Assembly: GCA_017886205.1 (NCBI GenBank)
Contig: JAFNEO010000040.1
Coordinates: 57,346 to 121,345, forward strand
Direction: 5' to 3'
DNA: 64,000 bases
From: Candidatus Aminicenantes bacterium
Lineage (GTDB): Bacteria; Acidobacteriota; Aminicenantia; Aminicenantales; UBA8522
Below are positions 8,542 through 18,724 of the stretch, in pieces (the first letter of the stretch is position 1; the number at the start of each line of letters is the position of its first letter). The position numbers and the translations under genes were made by a program. The notes beneath the pieces were generated by a model that did not search any database, was not told the DNA's origin, and saw only the letters and a list, made by a program, of their open reading frames with translations.

Positions 8542-11061
8542 GTGGCCACGAGGTGTCCTAAATGCGATTTTGATAATACTCCTGACTCCAAGTTCTGCAA
8601 AGAATGCGGGACACAGCTCCCGGCGATCCCGAAAGTTGCTGTCACCGAAACGCTTGAAACCTCAAAAGAGGAACTCACCACAGGTTCCACTTTTGCCGGA
8701 CGTTATCAGATTATCGAAGAGCTGGGCAGAGGCGGAATGGGAAAAGTTTACAGGGTCCTGGACAAGAAGCTCAACGAAGAAGTCGCGCTAAAGCTCATCA
8801 AACCAGAAATCGCTTCGGATAAGAGAACTCTGGAACGCTTCAGTAACGAACTCAAGATTGCCCGAAAAATCGTCAACAAGAACGTCGGCCGGATGTATCA
8901 CCTGAGCGAGGAGCAGGGGACCTATTACATCACCATGGAGTACGTCCCCGGTGAAAATCTCAAGAGCTCCATCCGGAGATTCGGACCGTTGCCCATAGGG
9001 AAGACCATCTTTCTGGCAGTGCAAATATGCGAAGGGCTGGCCGAAGCCCATAAATTGGGTATCGTGCACCGCGACCTTAAGCCGGGCAACATCATGATCG
9101 ACGAAGAGGGAAATGCCCGCATCATGGATTTTGGGATCGCCCGGTCGCTTAAGGAGAGGGGCATCACGGGAGAGGGTGTAATTATTGGCACGCCTGAGTA
9201 TATGTCACCTGAGCAGGTTGAGGGAAAAGACGTTGACCAGAAGTCGGACATCTATTCTCTAGGAGTGATTCTTTACGAGATGGCGACCGGACGTGTCCCT
9301 TTCAGCGGAGATACGCCCTTAAGCGTGGCGGTGAAGCAAAAGACAGAAGCACCTGCGGATCCACGCAAGCTCAATGCCCAGGTCCCTGAAAACCTCAGCC
9401 AAGTTATTCTGAAATGCCTAGAAAAGACCAGGGAGAAACGGTATCAAACCGCCGAAGAATTGCATTCAGAGCTATCCCGTCTAGAGGAAGAAATCCCAAC
9501 TGCAGAACGGGCTATACCAAAAAGAAAGTCGACCAGATTAAAAGAGAACGCCGCTCGAGTAGGCAAAGCCAAGTGGAAGAAGGTCGGTCTCTACGGAGGC
9601 GCAGTTATTCTCTTGGCCCTTATCGTTTATGCCGGGCTTCATCTATTCACTGGCCGCCAGGAGGGCATAGATTCGATCGCCGTGCTCCCCTTTGAAAATG
9701 TGAATGCCGACCCGAACACAGACTACCTTTGTGATGGGATCACCGAAACCATCATCAATAAGCTCTCGCAGTTGTCCAACGTGAAGAAGGTCATAGCACG
9801 AAACTCGGTCTTTACCTACAAGGGCAAAACCGTAGACCCCAAAAAAGTGGGCCAGGAACTTGGGGTCAAAGCGGTCTTATTGACCCGGATGGTTCGACTT
9901 GGAGATCGGCTGACCATAAGCCCGACTTTGGTCAGGACAAAGGACAACAGCCAGATCTGGGGGGAGAGGTACGACCAGAAGTTCGAAGACATATTTTCCA
10001 TAGAAGAGAAAATAGCGACCTCCATCGTTCAAGCGCTGCGGGTGAAGCTGACCAAGCAGGATCAGCAGAAACTCTCCGAGAGGCCCATTGACAATGCCGC
10101 GGCTTATGAGTTCTATCTTAAGGCTCATTCCGAGATCATGCGCTTCAAAGAGAATGCCTTAGATCGTATCGTCCAAGATCTTCAGAATGCCCTTGACATC
10201 ACCGGCCCTAATCCACTTCTTTATTCGGCTATGGCTGACGCTTATCGTCAATATGTCAATATCGGCGCCAGACAAGAGGATTATTTAGCAAGAGCTGAGG
10301 AATATGCCAAGAAGGCTTTGGCTATAGACCCAAATTTCTCCAAAGCCTATGTCGTCCTCGGGTATATCTATGAATATGGAAACCAGCAAGAGGGGATTCG
10401 CTATTTCAAGAAGGCACTGGCTGTGAATCCGAATGAACCATATGCCTTGCGAAGGCTTGCGCTGATCTATCAAGATGTCGGAAAGCCCTCGGCGGCACTT
10501 CCACTCCTGGCAAGATATAAGAAAGTCGATCCGTTGAATCCGGACAATTATCTTCTCCAAGGATACTCGCATTTCTATGATGGTCAATTCGGCCTTGCGC
10601 TTGACCCGTCCCGTAAACAGTATCAATCAGATCCCGAGAATCCGATTAAAGCATTCTTCTATGCCCATACCTTGGCTTACAACAAAGCGCTTGATGAAGC
10701 TTTCTCTATTATTGATAAATGCGCCAAGACGGATCCGAACAATGTCATCAGCAAGTTCGGACTTCTGCTGAAATATGGGCTGCAGAAAGACAAAGAAAAA
10801 GCGTTCCAAATCATGACTCCCGATTTCCGAAAAACATGTCAACGGGACGGGGAATGGTCATATTATGTTGCGGACGCGTTTGCCTTGCTCGATGAAAAGA
10901 AAGAAGCCTTGGATTGGCTGGAGAATGCGGTCAACCGAGGCATTATCAATTATCCCTTTATCAATACGTACGACTCCTTCCTCGCCAACATCCGCGGAGA
11001 GGAGCGGTTCAAGAAGCTCATGGAGCGGGTGAAATACGAATGGGAGCATTTTGAGGAATAA
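8542..11061 (+). CDS. Zinc-ribbon Ser/Thr protein kinase (type A) with a TM segment, a periplasmic TolB-N-like domain and TPR repeats
   Basis: It has an N-terminal CPKCx8FCxxCG ribbon and a Hanks kinase domain (GxGxxG, VALK, HRDLKPGN, DFG, TPEYMSPE). A TM helix is at about aa 365-385. The GTG start at 8542 follows the RBS aaggagataagg. Confidence 0.85.
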   Translation: MATRCPKCDFDNTPDSKFCKECGTQLPAIPKVAVTETLETSKEELTTGSTFAGRYQIIEELGRGGMGKVYRVLDKKLNEEVALKLIKPEIASDKRTLERFSNELKIARKIVNKNVGRMYHLSEEQGTYYITMEYVPGENLKSSIRRFGPLPIGKTIFLAVQICEGLAEAHKLGIVHRDLKPGNIMIDEEGNARIMDFGIARSLKERGITGEGVIIGTPEYMSPEQVEGKDVDQKSDIYSLGVILYEMATGRVPFSGDTPLSVAVKQKTEAPADPRKLNAQVPENLSQVILKCLEKTREKRYQTAEELHSELSRLEEEIPTAERAIPKRKSTRLKENAARVGKAKWKKVGLYGGAVILLALIVYAGLHLFTGRQEGIDSIAVLPFENVNADPNTDYLCDGITETIINKLSQLSNVKKVIARNSVFTYKGKTVDPKKVGQELGVKAVLLTRMVRLGDRLTISPTLVRTKDNSQIWGERYDQKFEDIFSIEEKIATSIVQALRVKLTKQDQQKLSERPIDNAAAYEFYLKAHSEIMRFKENALDRIVQDLQNALDITGPNPLLYSAMADAYRQYVNIGARQEDYLARAEEYAKKALAIDPNFSKAYVVLGYIYEYGNQQEGIRYFKKALAVNPNEPYALRRLALIYQDVGKPSAALPLLARYKKVDPLNPDNYLLQGYSHFYDGQFGLALDPSRKQYQSDPENPIKAFFYAHTLAYNKALDEAFSIIDKCAKTDPNNVISKFGLLLKYGLQKDKEKAFQIMTPDFRKTCQRDGEWSYYVADAFALLDEKKEALDWLENAVNRGIINYPFINTYDSFLANIRGEERFKKLMERVKYEWEHFEE

Positions 11062-11077
11062 AAAGGAGCCAGGGGTT

Positions 11078-13630
11078 ATGAAATGCCCGAAATGCCAAGC
11101 TGAGAACCCCGAGACCAAGCAGTTCTGCGCTGATTGCGGAACCCGAATTCGGGGACATGTTCCGGATTCTCCGGAATCCAGTACGTGTCCCCAGAATTCC
11201 AAGGATGTCCACCCAGAAGTTACAGAGACTCTTCAAACGCCCGTTCACGAGCTGACCACAGGCTCAACCTTCGCCGGCCGCTACCAGATCATTGAGGAAC
11301 TTGGCCATGGCGGCATGGGCAAGGTCTATAAGGTCTTCGACACCGATATCAAGGAGAAAATTGCCCTCAAGCTGTTGCGACCCGAGATCGCCCTGGACAG
11401 GGAAACCGTGGAGCGCTTCTCGAACGAGATGAAGCTTGCCCGCAAGATCAGCCACCGGAACGTCTGCCGCATGTTCGACCTGGGCAAGGCCGAGGGCACG
11501 ACTTTCATTACCATGGAATTCGTGCCGGGCGAAGACCTGAAGAAGTTCATCCGGAAGACGGGTCAGCTCGGGCCTGGCCGGGCCGTCTCGATCGCCAAGC
11601 AGGTCTGCGAGGGCTTGGCAGAAGCGCATCATCTCGGGGTTGTCCACCGGGACCTGAAGCCCCAGAACATCATGGTGGATGAGGACGGAAATGCCCGGAT
11701 CATGGATTTTGGGATCGCCCGGTCGCTCAAGGTGAAGGGGATCACCGGCGCCGGGGTGATGATCGGGACTCCGGAGTACATGTCGCCGGAACAGATTGAG
11801 GGTAAGGAAATCGACCAACGCTCGGACATCTATTCGCTGGGCATCATCCTCTTTGAAATGCTGACCGGCCGCGTGCCGTTTGAAGGAGATACGCCGTTCA
11901 CGATCGGCGTCAAGCACAAGAGTGAGCCGCCGCGGAATCCAAGGGAACTCAACGGGCAGATTCCCGAGGAACTCAGCCTCCTGATCCTGCGCTGCCTAGA
12001 AAAAGATAAAGAAAAGCGATATCAGACGGCAGCGGATATCATTTCCGACCTGGATAAGATCGAAACAGGCCTGCCCACCACCGATCTTGTCGTGCCCCGG
12101 AGAAAAACACTCACCTCGCGGGAGATTACCGTCAAGTTCAGCCTGAAAAAACTACTTTTCCCCGGTCTTGCTATTGGAGCGCTCGTCATCGCGGCAGGGA
12201 TCATTCTCTGGCGCGCTCTCCCCAAGAAAGAAGGCGTTTCCCCCAAATCCGGTCCCCCATCCATCGCCGTGCTGCCTTTTGTCGATGACAGCCCGGAGAA
12301 AGGCCATGGGTATCTGTGTGAGGGATTGCCAAATACACTCATCAATGCCTTGAACAATATCCAGAATCTTCGGGTTCCGGCCAGGACCTCGGCTTTTTCA
12401 TTCGTCGGCAAAGGCATCGATATCCAGGGAATCGGCCAGAAGTTGAACGTTGAAAATGTGCTCGAAGGGAGCATCCAGGTTGTTGGGAATAACCTTCGCG
12501 TCACAGCCAGCCTGATCAAAGTGAATGACGGCTACCAGCTCTGGAATGCGACCTATGATCGAAAACTGGAGGACGTCTTCGCGATCCAGGATGAAATTGC
12601 CCAAGCCATCGTCAAAGCCCTGAAGATAAGGCTTCTGGGCGAGCAAGAAGAACGGCTCGTCAAGCGCGACACGGAAAATATGGAAGCCTACAAGCTTTAT
12701 TTGGAAGGGCTCTATTACTGGAACAAGCGGACGGGAAAAGACCTGAACAGGGCGATCGAGCTGTTTAGTCAGGCCATCGATAAAGACCCCGATTATGCTA
12801 TGGCTTACGTCGGGCTGGCCGACTCCTATAGCTTGCTCACAGTCTACGCTGATGCACGCCCCCAAGACGTGTATCCTCGAGCTAAAGCGGCAGCGACCAA
12901 AGCTCTCGAGATCAATGAGGCTCTGGCCGAAGCTCACAATTCCCTGGCCTATATATACGACCGCTACGATTGGAACTGGAAAGCCGCCGAAGCCGAATTC
13001 AAGCGGGCCCTCGAGCTCAATCCCAACTATGCGACGGGCCACTTCTGGTATGGTGAGCACTTGGCGTTTTTCGGCCGCTTTGAGGAATCCATCCGGGAGA
13101 TGAAGCGGGCTCTGGCACTCGACCCGGTTTCGCTTGTCATCAACGCCAGCCTGGGCTGGGCCTATATCATGGCTCAGCAGTTTGATGAGGCAATCGCCCA
13201 GTTGCATAAAACGCTCGAATTGGACCCCCATTTTTATTATGCCCGCATCATGCTCGGGTTTGCGCACCTCGATAAGAAGAATTTTTCCGAAGCCATCGAT
13301 GAGATGAAGAAAGGCAGGGAGCTTTCAGGCGACGCCCTCATGATGGTTACTGGATTAGGAGAAGTGTATGCCACGGCCGGAAAACTCGAGGAGGCGAAGG
13401 GGATTCTCGAGGAACTGGAGGCGAGATCCAAACAACAATACATCTCGCCATTCGCGTTGGCCCACATTTATGTGGCTATGGGCGATCTTGACAAGGCCTT
13501 CGAGTTGGCGGACAAGGCTTATGAGGAAAGAGACGAGAACCTTATTTCAATCAAGATCCACCCCACTTGGACCGTTGTTCGCTCGGACCCACGGTATAAG
13601 GCGCTGTTGGAAAAGATGGGCTTGGACTAA
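11078..13630 (+). CDS. Zinc-ribbon Ser/Thr protein kinase (type B) with a TM segment and a long C-terminal TPR domain
   Basis: It has the same N-terminal ribbon and kinase motifs. The ATG at 11078 follows aaaaggagcc. The C-terminus carries many TPR repeats (NPNYATGHFWYGEHL...). Confidence 0.85.
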   Translation: MKCPKCQAENPETKQFCADCGTRIRGHVPDSPESSTCPQNSKDVHPEVTETLQTPVHELTTGSTFAGRYQIIEELGHGGMGKVYKVFDTDIKEKIALKLLRPEIALDRETVERFSNEMKLARKISHRNVCRMFDLGKAEGTTFITMEFVPGEDLKKFIRKTGQLGPGRAVSIAKQVCEGLAEAHHLGVVHRDLKPQNIMVDEDGNARIMDFGIARSLKVKGITGAGVMIGTPEYMSPEQIEGKEIDQRSDIYSLGIILFEMLTGRVPFEGDTPFTIGVKHKSEPPRNPRELNGQIPEELSLLILRCLEKDKEKRYQTAADIISDLDKIETGLPTTDLVVPRRKTLTSREITVKFSLKKLLFPGLAIGALVIAAGIILWRALPKKEGVSPKSGPPSIAVLPFVDDSPEKGHGYLCEGLPNTLINALNNIQNLRVPARTSAFSFVGKGIDIQGIGQKLNVENVLEGSIQVVGNNLRVTASLIKVNDGYQLWNATYDRKLEDVFAIQDEIAQAIVKALKIRLLGEQEERLVKRDTENMEAYKLYLEGLYYWNKRTGKDLNRAIELFSQAIDKDPDYAMAYVGLADSYSLLTVYADARPQDVYPRAKAAATKALEINEALAEAHNSLAYIYDRYDWNWKAAEAEFKRALELNPNYATGHFWYGEHLAFFGRFEESIREMKRALALDPVSLVINASLGWAYIMAQQFDEAIAQLHKTLELDPHFYYARIMLGFAHLDKKNFSEAIDEMKKGRELSGDALMMVTGLGEVYATAGKLEEAKGILEELEARSKQQYISPFALAHIYVAMGDLDKAFELADKAYEERDENLISIKIHPTWTVVRSDPRYKALLEKMGLD

Positions 13631-13642
13631 GGATAGAAATCC

Positions 13643-16177
13643 ATGAAATGCCCCAAGTGCCAGGCTGAGAATCCCGAGACCGTGAAATTCTGCGGGGAGT
13701 GCGGGACCCAGCTCGGGGGAGAGGGAATAGGGGGACATAAGGATATGCGCCCAGAGGTTACTAAAACTCTTCAAGCGCCTATCCAAAAACTGACCACCGG
13801 CTCAACCTTCGCGAACCGCTACCAGATCATTGAGGAACTTGGCAAGGGCGGGATGGGCAAGGTCTATAAAGTCTTCGACACCAAAATCAAAGAAAAGGTC
13901 GCCCTGAAGCTCATCCGGCCGGAGGTCGCCGCCGACAAGGACACGATCGAGCGCTTCTCGAACGAACTCCGGCTGGCCCGGAAGATCAGCCACCGCAATG
14001 TCTGCCGGATGTTCGACCTGGGGGAAGCGGAAGGCGCCCACTTCATCACCATGGAATATGTCGCCGGGCAGGACCTCAGGGGTCTCGTCCGGCAAACGGG
14101 CCGGCTCACGGCCGGGAAAGCGGTGTCGATTGCCAGGCAGGTCTGTGAGGGCCTGGAAGAAGCCCATAGGCTAGGAGTCATCCACCGCGACCTGAAGCCC
14201 GGGAACATCCTCATCGACAAGGACGGCAACGCCCGGATCATGGATTTCGGCATCGCCCGGTCGCTTGCGGGGAAGGGCATTACGGGCGCCGGAGTGATGA
14301 TCGGTACGCCCGAGTACATGAGCCCCGAGCAGGTCGACGGGACAGAGGTTGATCAGCGCTCGGATATCTATTCGCTGGGCGTTATACTTTATGAAATGGT
14401 GACAGGACGAGTTCCCTTTATCGGAGATACACCTTTGTCCGTGGCTGTGAAGCAAAAGACAGAAACCCCTCCAGACCCCAGCAAGCTCAATGCCCAGGTC
14501 CCGGAAAACCTTGGCCAGATTATTCTGAAATGCCTGGAAAAAGCCAAGGAGAAACGATTTCAGAGCGCCGAAGAATTGAAGGTTGAACTGACTCGCCTTG
14601 AGGAAGAGATCCCCACTGCGGAAAGGGTCATTCCCAAAAGGAAGCCCACCAAGTCAAGGAAGGTAGCCGTCGGGAAAGGCAAGATCCGGTGGGCTAAGAT
14701 TGCTCTTTGCGGCGGCGCGGCTATTCTTCTGGCCTTGATCGTCTATGCAGGCCTCTACCTAGTCTCCGGCCAAAAAGAGGTCATCGATTCGATCGCCGTT
14801 CTTCCTTTCGAGAACGTCAACGCCGACCCGGACACGGATTACCTCTGCGACGGGATCACCGAGACGATCATCAACAAGCTCTCGCAGCTGTCCAGTTTTA
14901 AAAAGGTCATTAACCGCACTTCGGTCTTCACATACAAAGGCAAAACTATTGACCCCAAGAGCGTGGGACAGGAACTTGGGGTCAGCGCGGTTTTATCAAC
15001 CCGGATGGTTCGACTTGGAGACCGTCTGACGATCAGCCCGACCCTAGTCCGAACCAAGGACAACAGCCAGCTTTGGGGGGAAAGGTACGACCGGAGGTTC
15101 GAGGACATCTTTTCCATCGAAGAGAATATCGCCACCTCCATCGTTCAAGCGCTGCGATTGAAGCTGACTGAGCAAGATCAGCAGAAAATCTCTGAGAGGC
15201 CCATCGAGAACGCATCGGCGTATGATTTATATCTCAGGGCGAATTCCGCGATCTGGAGCTTTAGGGAAGACGCCTTGGACCGTATCGTCCAGGATATTCA
15301 GAGAGCTCTTGATATCACCGGCGCCAATGCGCTTCTTTATACGGTTATGGCGAGCGCCTATTTTCAATACGTCAACATCGGCGCCAAACAAGAAGATTAC
15401 ATAGCGAAAGCGGAGGATTATGCGAACAAGGCTTTGGCAATGGATCCGAGCTTTTCTAAAGCCAATGTTGTCTTTGGGTACCTTTATCAGTACAGAAGCC
15501 AGAAAGAGGCCATCCGCTTTCTTAAGAAAGCCCTGGCCATAAATCCGAACGAATCGGATGCCCTGCGAGTACTCGTGTTTATTTACCAAGATGTTGGAAA
15601 GCCCTCGGCGGCACTTCCATTCATGGAGCGATTCAGGCAATCGGATCCGCTGAATTCTTACCATGATGTCCTTCAAGGATACTTCCGCTATTTTGACGGT
15701 CAGTTCAACTATGCGCTCGACGCCTTTCGCAAATCGTATCAGTCGAATCCGGAGAATCCGGTCAGAGGATTCGAGTATGCCCTTTTACTGGCCTATAACA
15801 AAGCATTCGATGAGGCCTTCTCAATCGTCGATCAAAGCGCCAGGGCGATTCCAAACAATGTCGGGACCAAGTTTGGGCTTTTGTTGAAATACGGGCTCCT
15901 GAAGAATAAAGAGAAAGCTTTTCAAATCATGACTCCCGATTTCAGAAAAACGTGTCGGCGCGATTTCGTTTGGTCATACTTTGTCGCACTTGGTTTCGCC
16001 TTGCTCGGCGAAAAGAATGAGGCTCTGGATTGGCTGGAGAACGCCGTCGACCGGGGCTTTATCAATTATCCCTTTATCAGCAAGCACGACACTTTCCTCG
16101 ACAACATCCGCGGCGAGGAGCGCTTCAAAAAGCTCATGGAGCGGGTGAAATACGAATGGGAGCATTTTGAGGAATAA
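13643..16177 (+). CDS. Zinc-ribbon Ser/Thr protein kinase (type A paralog)
   Basis: It is collinear with and clearly paralogous to the 8542-11061 kinase over the kinase, TolB-like and TPR regions. Confidence 0.85.
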   Translation: MKCPKCQAENPETVKFCGECGTQLGGEGIGGHKDMRPEVTKTLQAPIQKLTTGSTFANRYQIIEELGKGGMGKVYKVFDTKIKEKVALKLIRPEVAADKDTIERFSNELRLARKISHRNVCRMFDLGEAEGAHFITMEYVAGQDLRGLVRQTGRLTAGKAVSIARQVCEGLEEAHRLGVIHRDLKPGNILIDKDGNARIMDFGIARSLAGKGITGAGVMIGTPEYMSPEQVDGTEVDQRSDIYSLGVILYEMVTGRVPFIGDTPLSVAVKQKTETPPDPSKLNAQVPENLGQIILKCLEKAKEKRFQSAEELKVELTRLEEEIPTAERVIPKRKPTKSRKVAVGKGKIRWAKIALCGGAAILLALIVYAGLYLVSGQKEVIDSIAVLPFENVNADPDTDYLCDGITETIINKLSQLSSFKKVINRTSVFTYKGKTIDPKSVGQELGVSAVLSTRMVRLGDRLTISPTLVRTKDNSQLWGERYDRRFEDIFSIEENIATSIVQALRLKLTEQDQQKISERPIENASAYDLYLRANSAIWSFREDALDRIVQDIQRALDITGANALLYTVMASAYFQYVNIGAKQEDYIAKAEDYANKALAMDPSFSKANVVFGYLYQYRSQKEAIRFLKKALAINPNESDALRVLVFIYQDVGKPSAALPFMERFRQSDPLNSYHDVLQGYFRYFDGQFNYALDAFRKSYQSNPENPVRGFEYALLLAYNKAFDEAFSIVDQSARAIPNNVGTKFGLLLKYGLLKNKEKAFQIMTPDFRKTCRRDFVWSYFVALGFALLGEKNEALDWLENAVDRGFINYPFISKHDTFLDNIRGEERFKKLMERVKYEWEHFEE

Positions 16178-16193
16178 AAAGGAGCCAGGGGTT

Positions 16194-18707
16194 ATGAAAT
16201 GCCCGAAATGCCAAGCTGAGAATCCCGAGACCAAGCAGTTCTGCGCTGATTGCGGAACCCAGCTTATAAATTCCAAGGATGTCCACCCAGAAGTCACAGA
16301 GACTCTTCAAACGCCCATCCAAGAGCTGACCACAGGCTCAACCTTCGCCGGCCGCTACCAGATCATCGAAGAGCTGGGCAAAGGGGGGATGGGGAGGGTT
16401 TATAAAGTCGTCGACACCAAGATCAGGGAAAAGGTCGCCCTGAAACTCATCCGGCCGGAGGTCGCTTCCGACAGGGATACGATCGAGCGGTTCAGCAACG
16501 AGCTTCGCCTGGCCAGAAAGATCCGCCACAAGAACGTCTGCGGCATGTATGACTTGGGAGAGGCCGAAGGCTCACACTTCATCACCATGGAATATGTCCA
16601 CGGCGAGGACCTTAAAAGCATGATCCGCATGTCCGGCAGCCTGAGCCTGGGGATGCTCTTAAGCGTCGGGAAGCAGGTCTGCGAAGGCCTTTCCGAAGCG
16701 CACAACCTGGGCGTCGTCCACCGGGACCTGAAACCTCAAAACATCATGATCGACAAAAATGGGAACGCCAAGATCATGGACTTCGGGATCGCCCGGTCGC
16801 TTGCGGGAAAGGGGATTACGGGCGCCGGGGTGATGATCGGCACTCCGGAGTACATGAGCCCGGAGCAGGCCGAGGCGAAAGAGGTTGATCATCGCTCCGA
16901 CATCTATTCCCTGGGCGTCATCCTGTACGAAATGGCGACGAGCCGCGTGCCGTTCAAGGGGGAGACGGCGCTCAGCATAGCCATGAAACACAAGGGCGAG
17001 GCGCCGAAAGATCCCAAGCAGCTCAATCCCGGCCTGCCCGACGACCTCAGCGGCGTCATCCTGAAGTGCCTGGAGAAGGACAAGGCCAAACGGTACCAGA
17101 GCGCTGCCGATGTCCGCTCCGAGCTCGAAAAGATCGAAAAGGGGATTCCCACGGCTGAGCGGTTCGTTCCAGAGCGCAAACCCATCACCTCGCGGGAGAT
17201 CACAGTAACATTAAAATTGAAAAAACTCGTACTTCCCTTTTCAGCGGCACTCGCGGTTATCGTTATTGGGCTGATCGCCTGGCGGCTTATCCTTCCGAAA
17301 AAGGGCGCCGCGCCCCTCTCTCGCGTCCGGTCGATGGCCGTCATGCCGTTTGAGGACCTCAGCCCGCAGAAAGATCAGGGCTATCTGTGCGAGGGCCTGG
17401 CCGACGAGTTAATCACGAGGCTCATCGGCGTCGAGCAATTGAAAATCCCGGCGCGGGCCTCGGCTTTCCTGCTGAGGGGGAAGGGGCCGCAGGAGATCGG
17501 GCAGAAGCTCGCCGTGGATGCCGTCCTCGACGGAACACTCCTCAGAGCCGATCAAAAGCTCCATGTTAATATCCAGATCGTCGACGCCCGCAGCGGCTAC
17601 GGCCTCTGGTCCGGGAAATTCGACGGCGATGAAGAAGGCCTTTTCAACCTGCGTGACAAGATCGCCTTGAAGATTCTCGAAAGTCTGGAGGTCAAGCTGC
17701 TCGGAGAAGCGCGGACAAAGGTTGTAAAAAACTACACTTCGAATCCGGAGGCTTATAATCTCTATCTCCAGGGTCGCTATTTCTGGAATAAGCGGGCGCC
17801 GGATGACGTGAAGAGGGCCATCGATTACTTCAACCAGGCGATCGTCCTGGACCCGGATTTTGCCCTGGCCTATTCCGGGCTCGCCGATAGCTACCTCATC
17901 CTCCCTCAATTCCCGGAAATCCGGACGAGCGAGGTCTTACCCAAAGCCAAGGACGCCGCACGCAAAGCCCTGGTCCTTGATGACACGCTTGCCGAGGCAT
18001 ATGTCTCGCTGGCTAATATCAAACAATCGGAATGGGACTTGCCAGGCGCAGAAAACGATTATAAGCGAGCCATCGAGCTCAACCCGAATTACCCGACCGG
18101 TCACCTCTGGTATTCTAATCTATTGGCCATGATGGGCCGAATGGACGAGTCCCAGGCGGAGATGAGACGGGCTCTCGAACTGGATCCCCTCTCTCTCCTT
18201 TTTAACGTGGTCAAAGCACTGAATTATTTGCAGATCAGAGAATTCGATCAGGCCATCGAGCAAGCCCGCAAAGCGGTCGAGCTCGACCCGAACTTCGTTT
18301 GGAGCCGTTGGTCGCTTGGCGTGTGTTTCCGGGCCAAAGGCATGTTCAAGGAGGCGGTTGCCGAGCTTGAAAAAGCAAGGGAGTTCTTGGGAAGCAGTTC
18401 TTCCGGACTGGGAGACCTCGGAATGGCCTATGCGCTGTCCGGAGAAAAAGCCAAGGCCGCTGAGGTGCTTTCCCTTCTCGAGGAGCACCTGCAAAGAGGT
18501 TATCTTGTGAACGCCGAGATCGCCTCTGTCCATCTGGGCCTCGGCAACAAGGAGAAAGCCCTGGAGTATCTGGACAAGGCGGCTGAGGATGAAGATGAGG
18601 TCGCCTACCTTGATGATGCCAATACCTTCTTATATGACCCTCAGTGGGAAAGCCTCCGCCCGGACCCTCGTTTTAAGAAGTTGCTGAAGAAACTGCATCT
18701 GGAATAA
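16194..18707 (+). CDS. Zinc-ribbon Ser/Thr protein kinase (type B paralog)
   Basis: It is a paralog of the 11078-13630 kinase. The 130 bp spanning the preceding stop, the RBS and the first 22 codons is nearly identical to the sequence at 11015-11143. Confidence 0.85.
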   Translation: MKCPKCQAENPETKQFCADCGTQLINSKDVHPEVTETLQTPIQELTTGSTFAGRYQIIEELGKGGMGRVYKVVDTKIREKVALKLIRPEVASDRDTIERFSNELRLARKIRHKNVCGMYDLGEAEGSHFITMEYVHGEDLKSMIRMSGSLSLGMLLSVGKQVCEGLSEAHNLGVVHRDLKPQNIMIDKNGNAKIMDFGIARSLAGKGITGAGVMIGTPEYMSPEQAEAKEVDHRSDIYSLGVILYEMATSRVPFKGETALSIAMKHKGEAPKDPKQLNPGLPDDLSGVILKCLEKDKAKRYQSAADVRSELEKIEKGIPTAERFVPERKPITSREITVTLKLKKLVLPFSAALAVIVIGLIAWRLILPKKGAAPLSRVRSMAVMPFEDLSPQKDQGYLCEGLADELITRLIGVEQLKIPARASAFLLRGKGPQEIGQKLAVDAVLDGTLLRADQKLHVNIQIVDARSGYGLWSGKFDGDEEGLFNLRDKIALKILESLEVKLLGEARTKVVKNYTSNPEAYNLYLQGRYFWNKRAPDDVKRAIDYFNQAIVLDPDFALAYSGLADSYLILPQFPEIRTSEVLPKAKDAARKALVLDDTLAEAYVSLANIKQSEWDLPGAENDYKRAIELNPNYPTGHLWYSNLLAMMGRMDESQAEMRRALELDPLSLLFNVVKALNYLQIREFDQAIEQARKAVELDPNFVWSRWSLGVCFRAKGMFKEAVAELEKAREFLGSSSSGLGDLGMAYALSGEKAKAAEVLSLLEEHLQRGYLVNAEIASVHLGLGNKEKALEYLDKAAEDEDEVAYLDDANTFLYDPQWESLRPDPRFKKLLKKLHLE

Positions 18708-18724
18708 CGCAGGGGAGGGATAAA

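Larger units (their letters stand above)
8494..18707 (+). repeat. Tandem segmental duplication of a two-gene kinase unit (A-B-A-B), about 5.1 kb per unit
   Basis: Gene pairs 8542-13630 and 13643-18707 are collinear paralogs. The junctions 11015-11143 and 16131-16260 are identical apart from one mismatch. This is followed by a ~50 bp indel. Confidence 0.8.

Noticed and set aside
11264-13267. Long minus-strand ORFs (217 aa and 289 aa) inside the kinase genes, with similar ones inside other kinase paralogs
   Set aside because: They are antisense to strongly supported kinase coding sequence. They have no RBS and no domain content, and they simply reflect stop-codon depletion in the GC-rich antisense frame.
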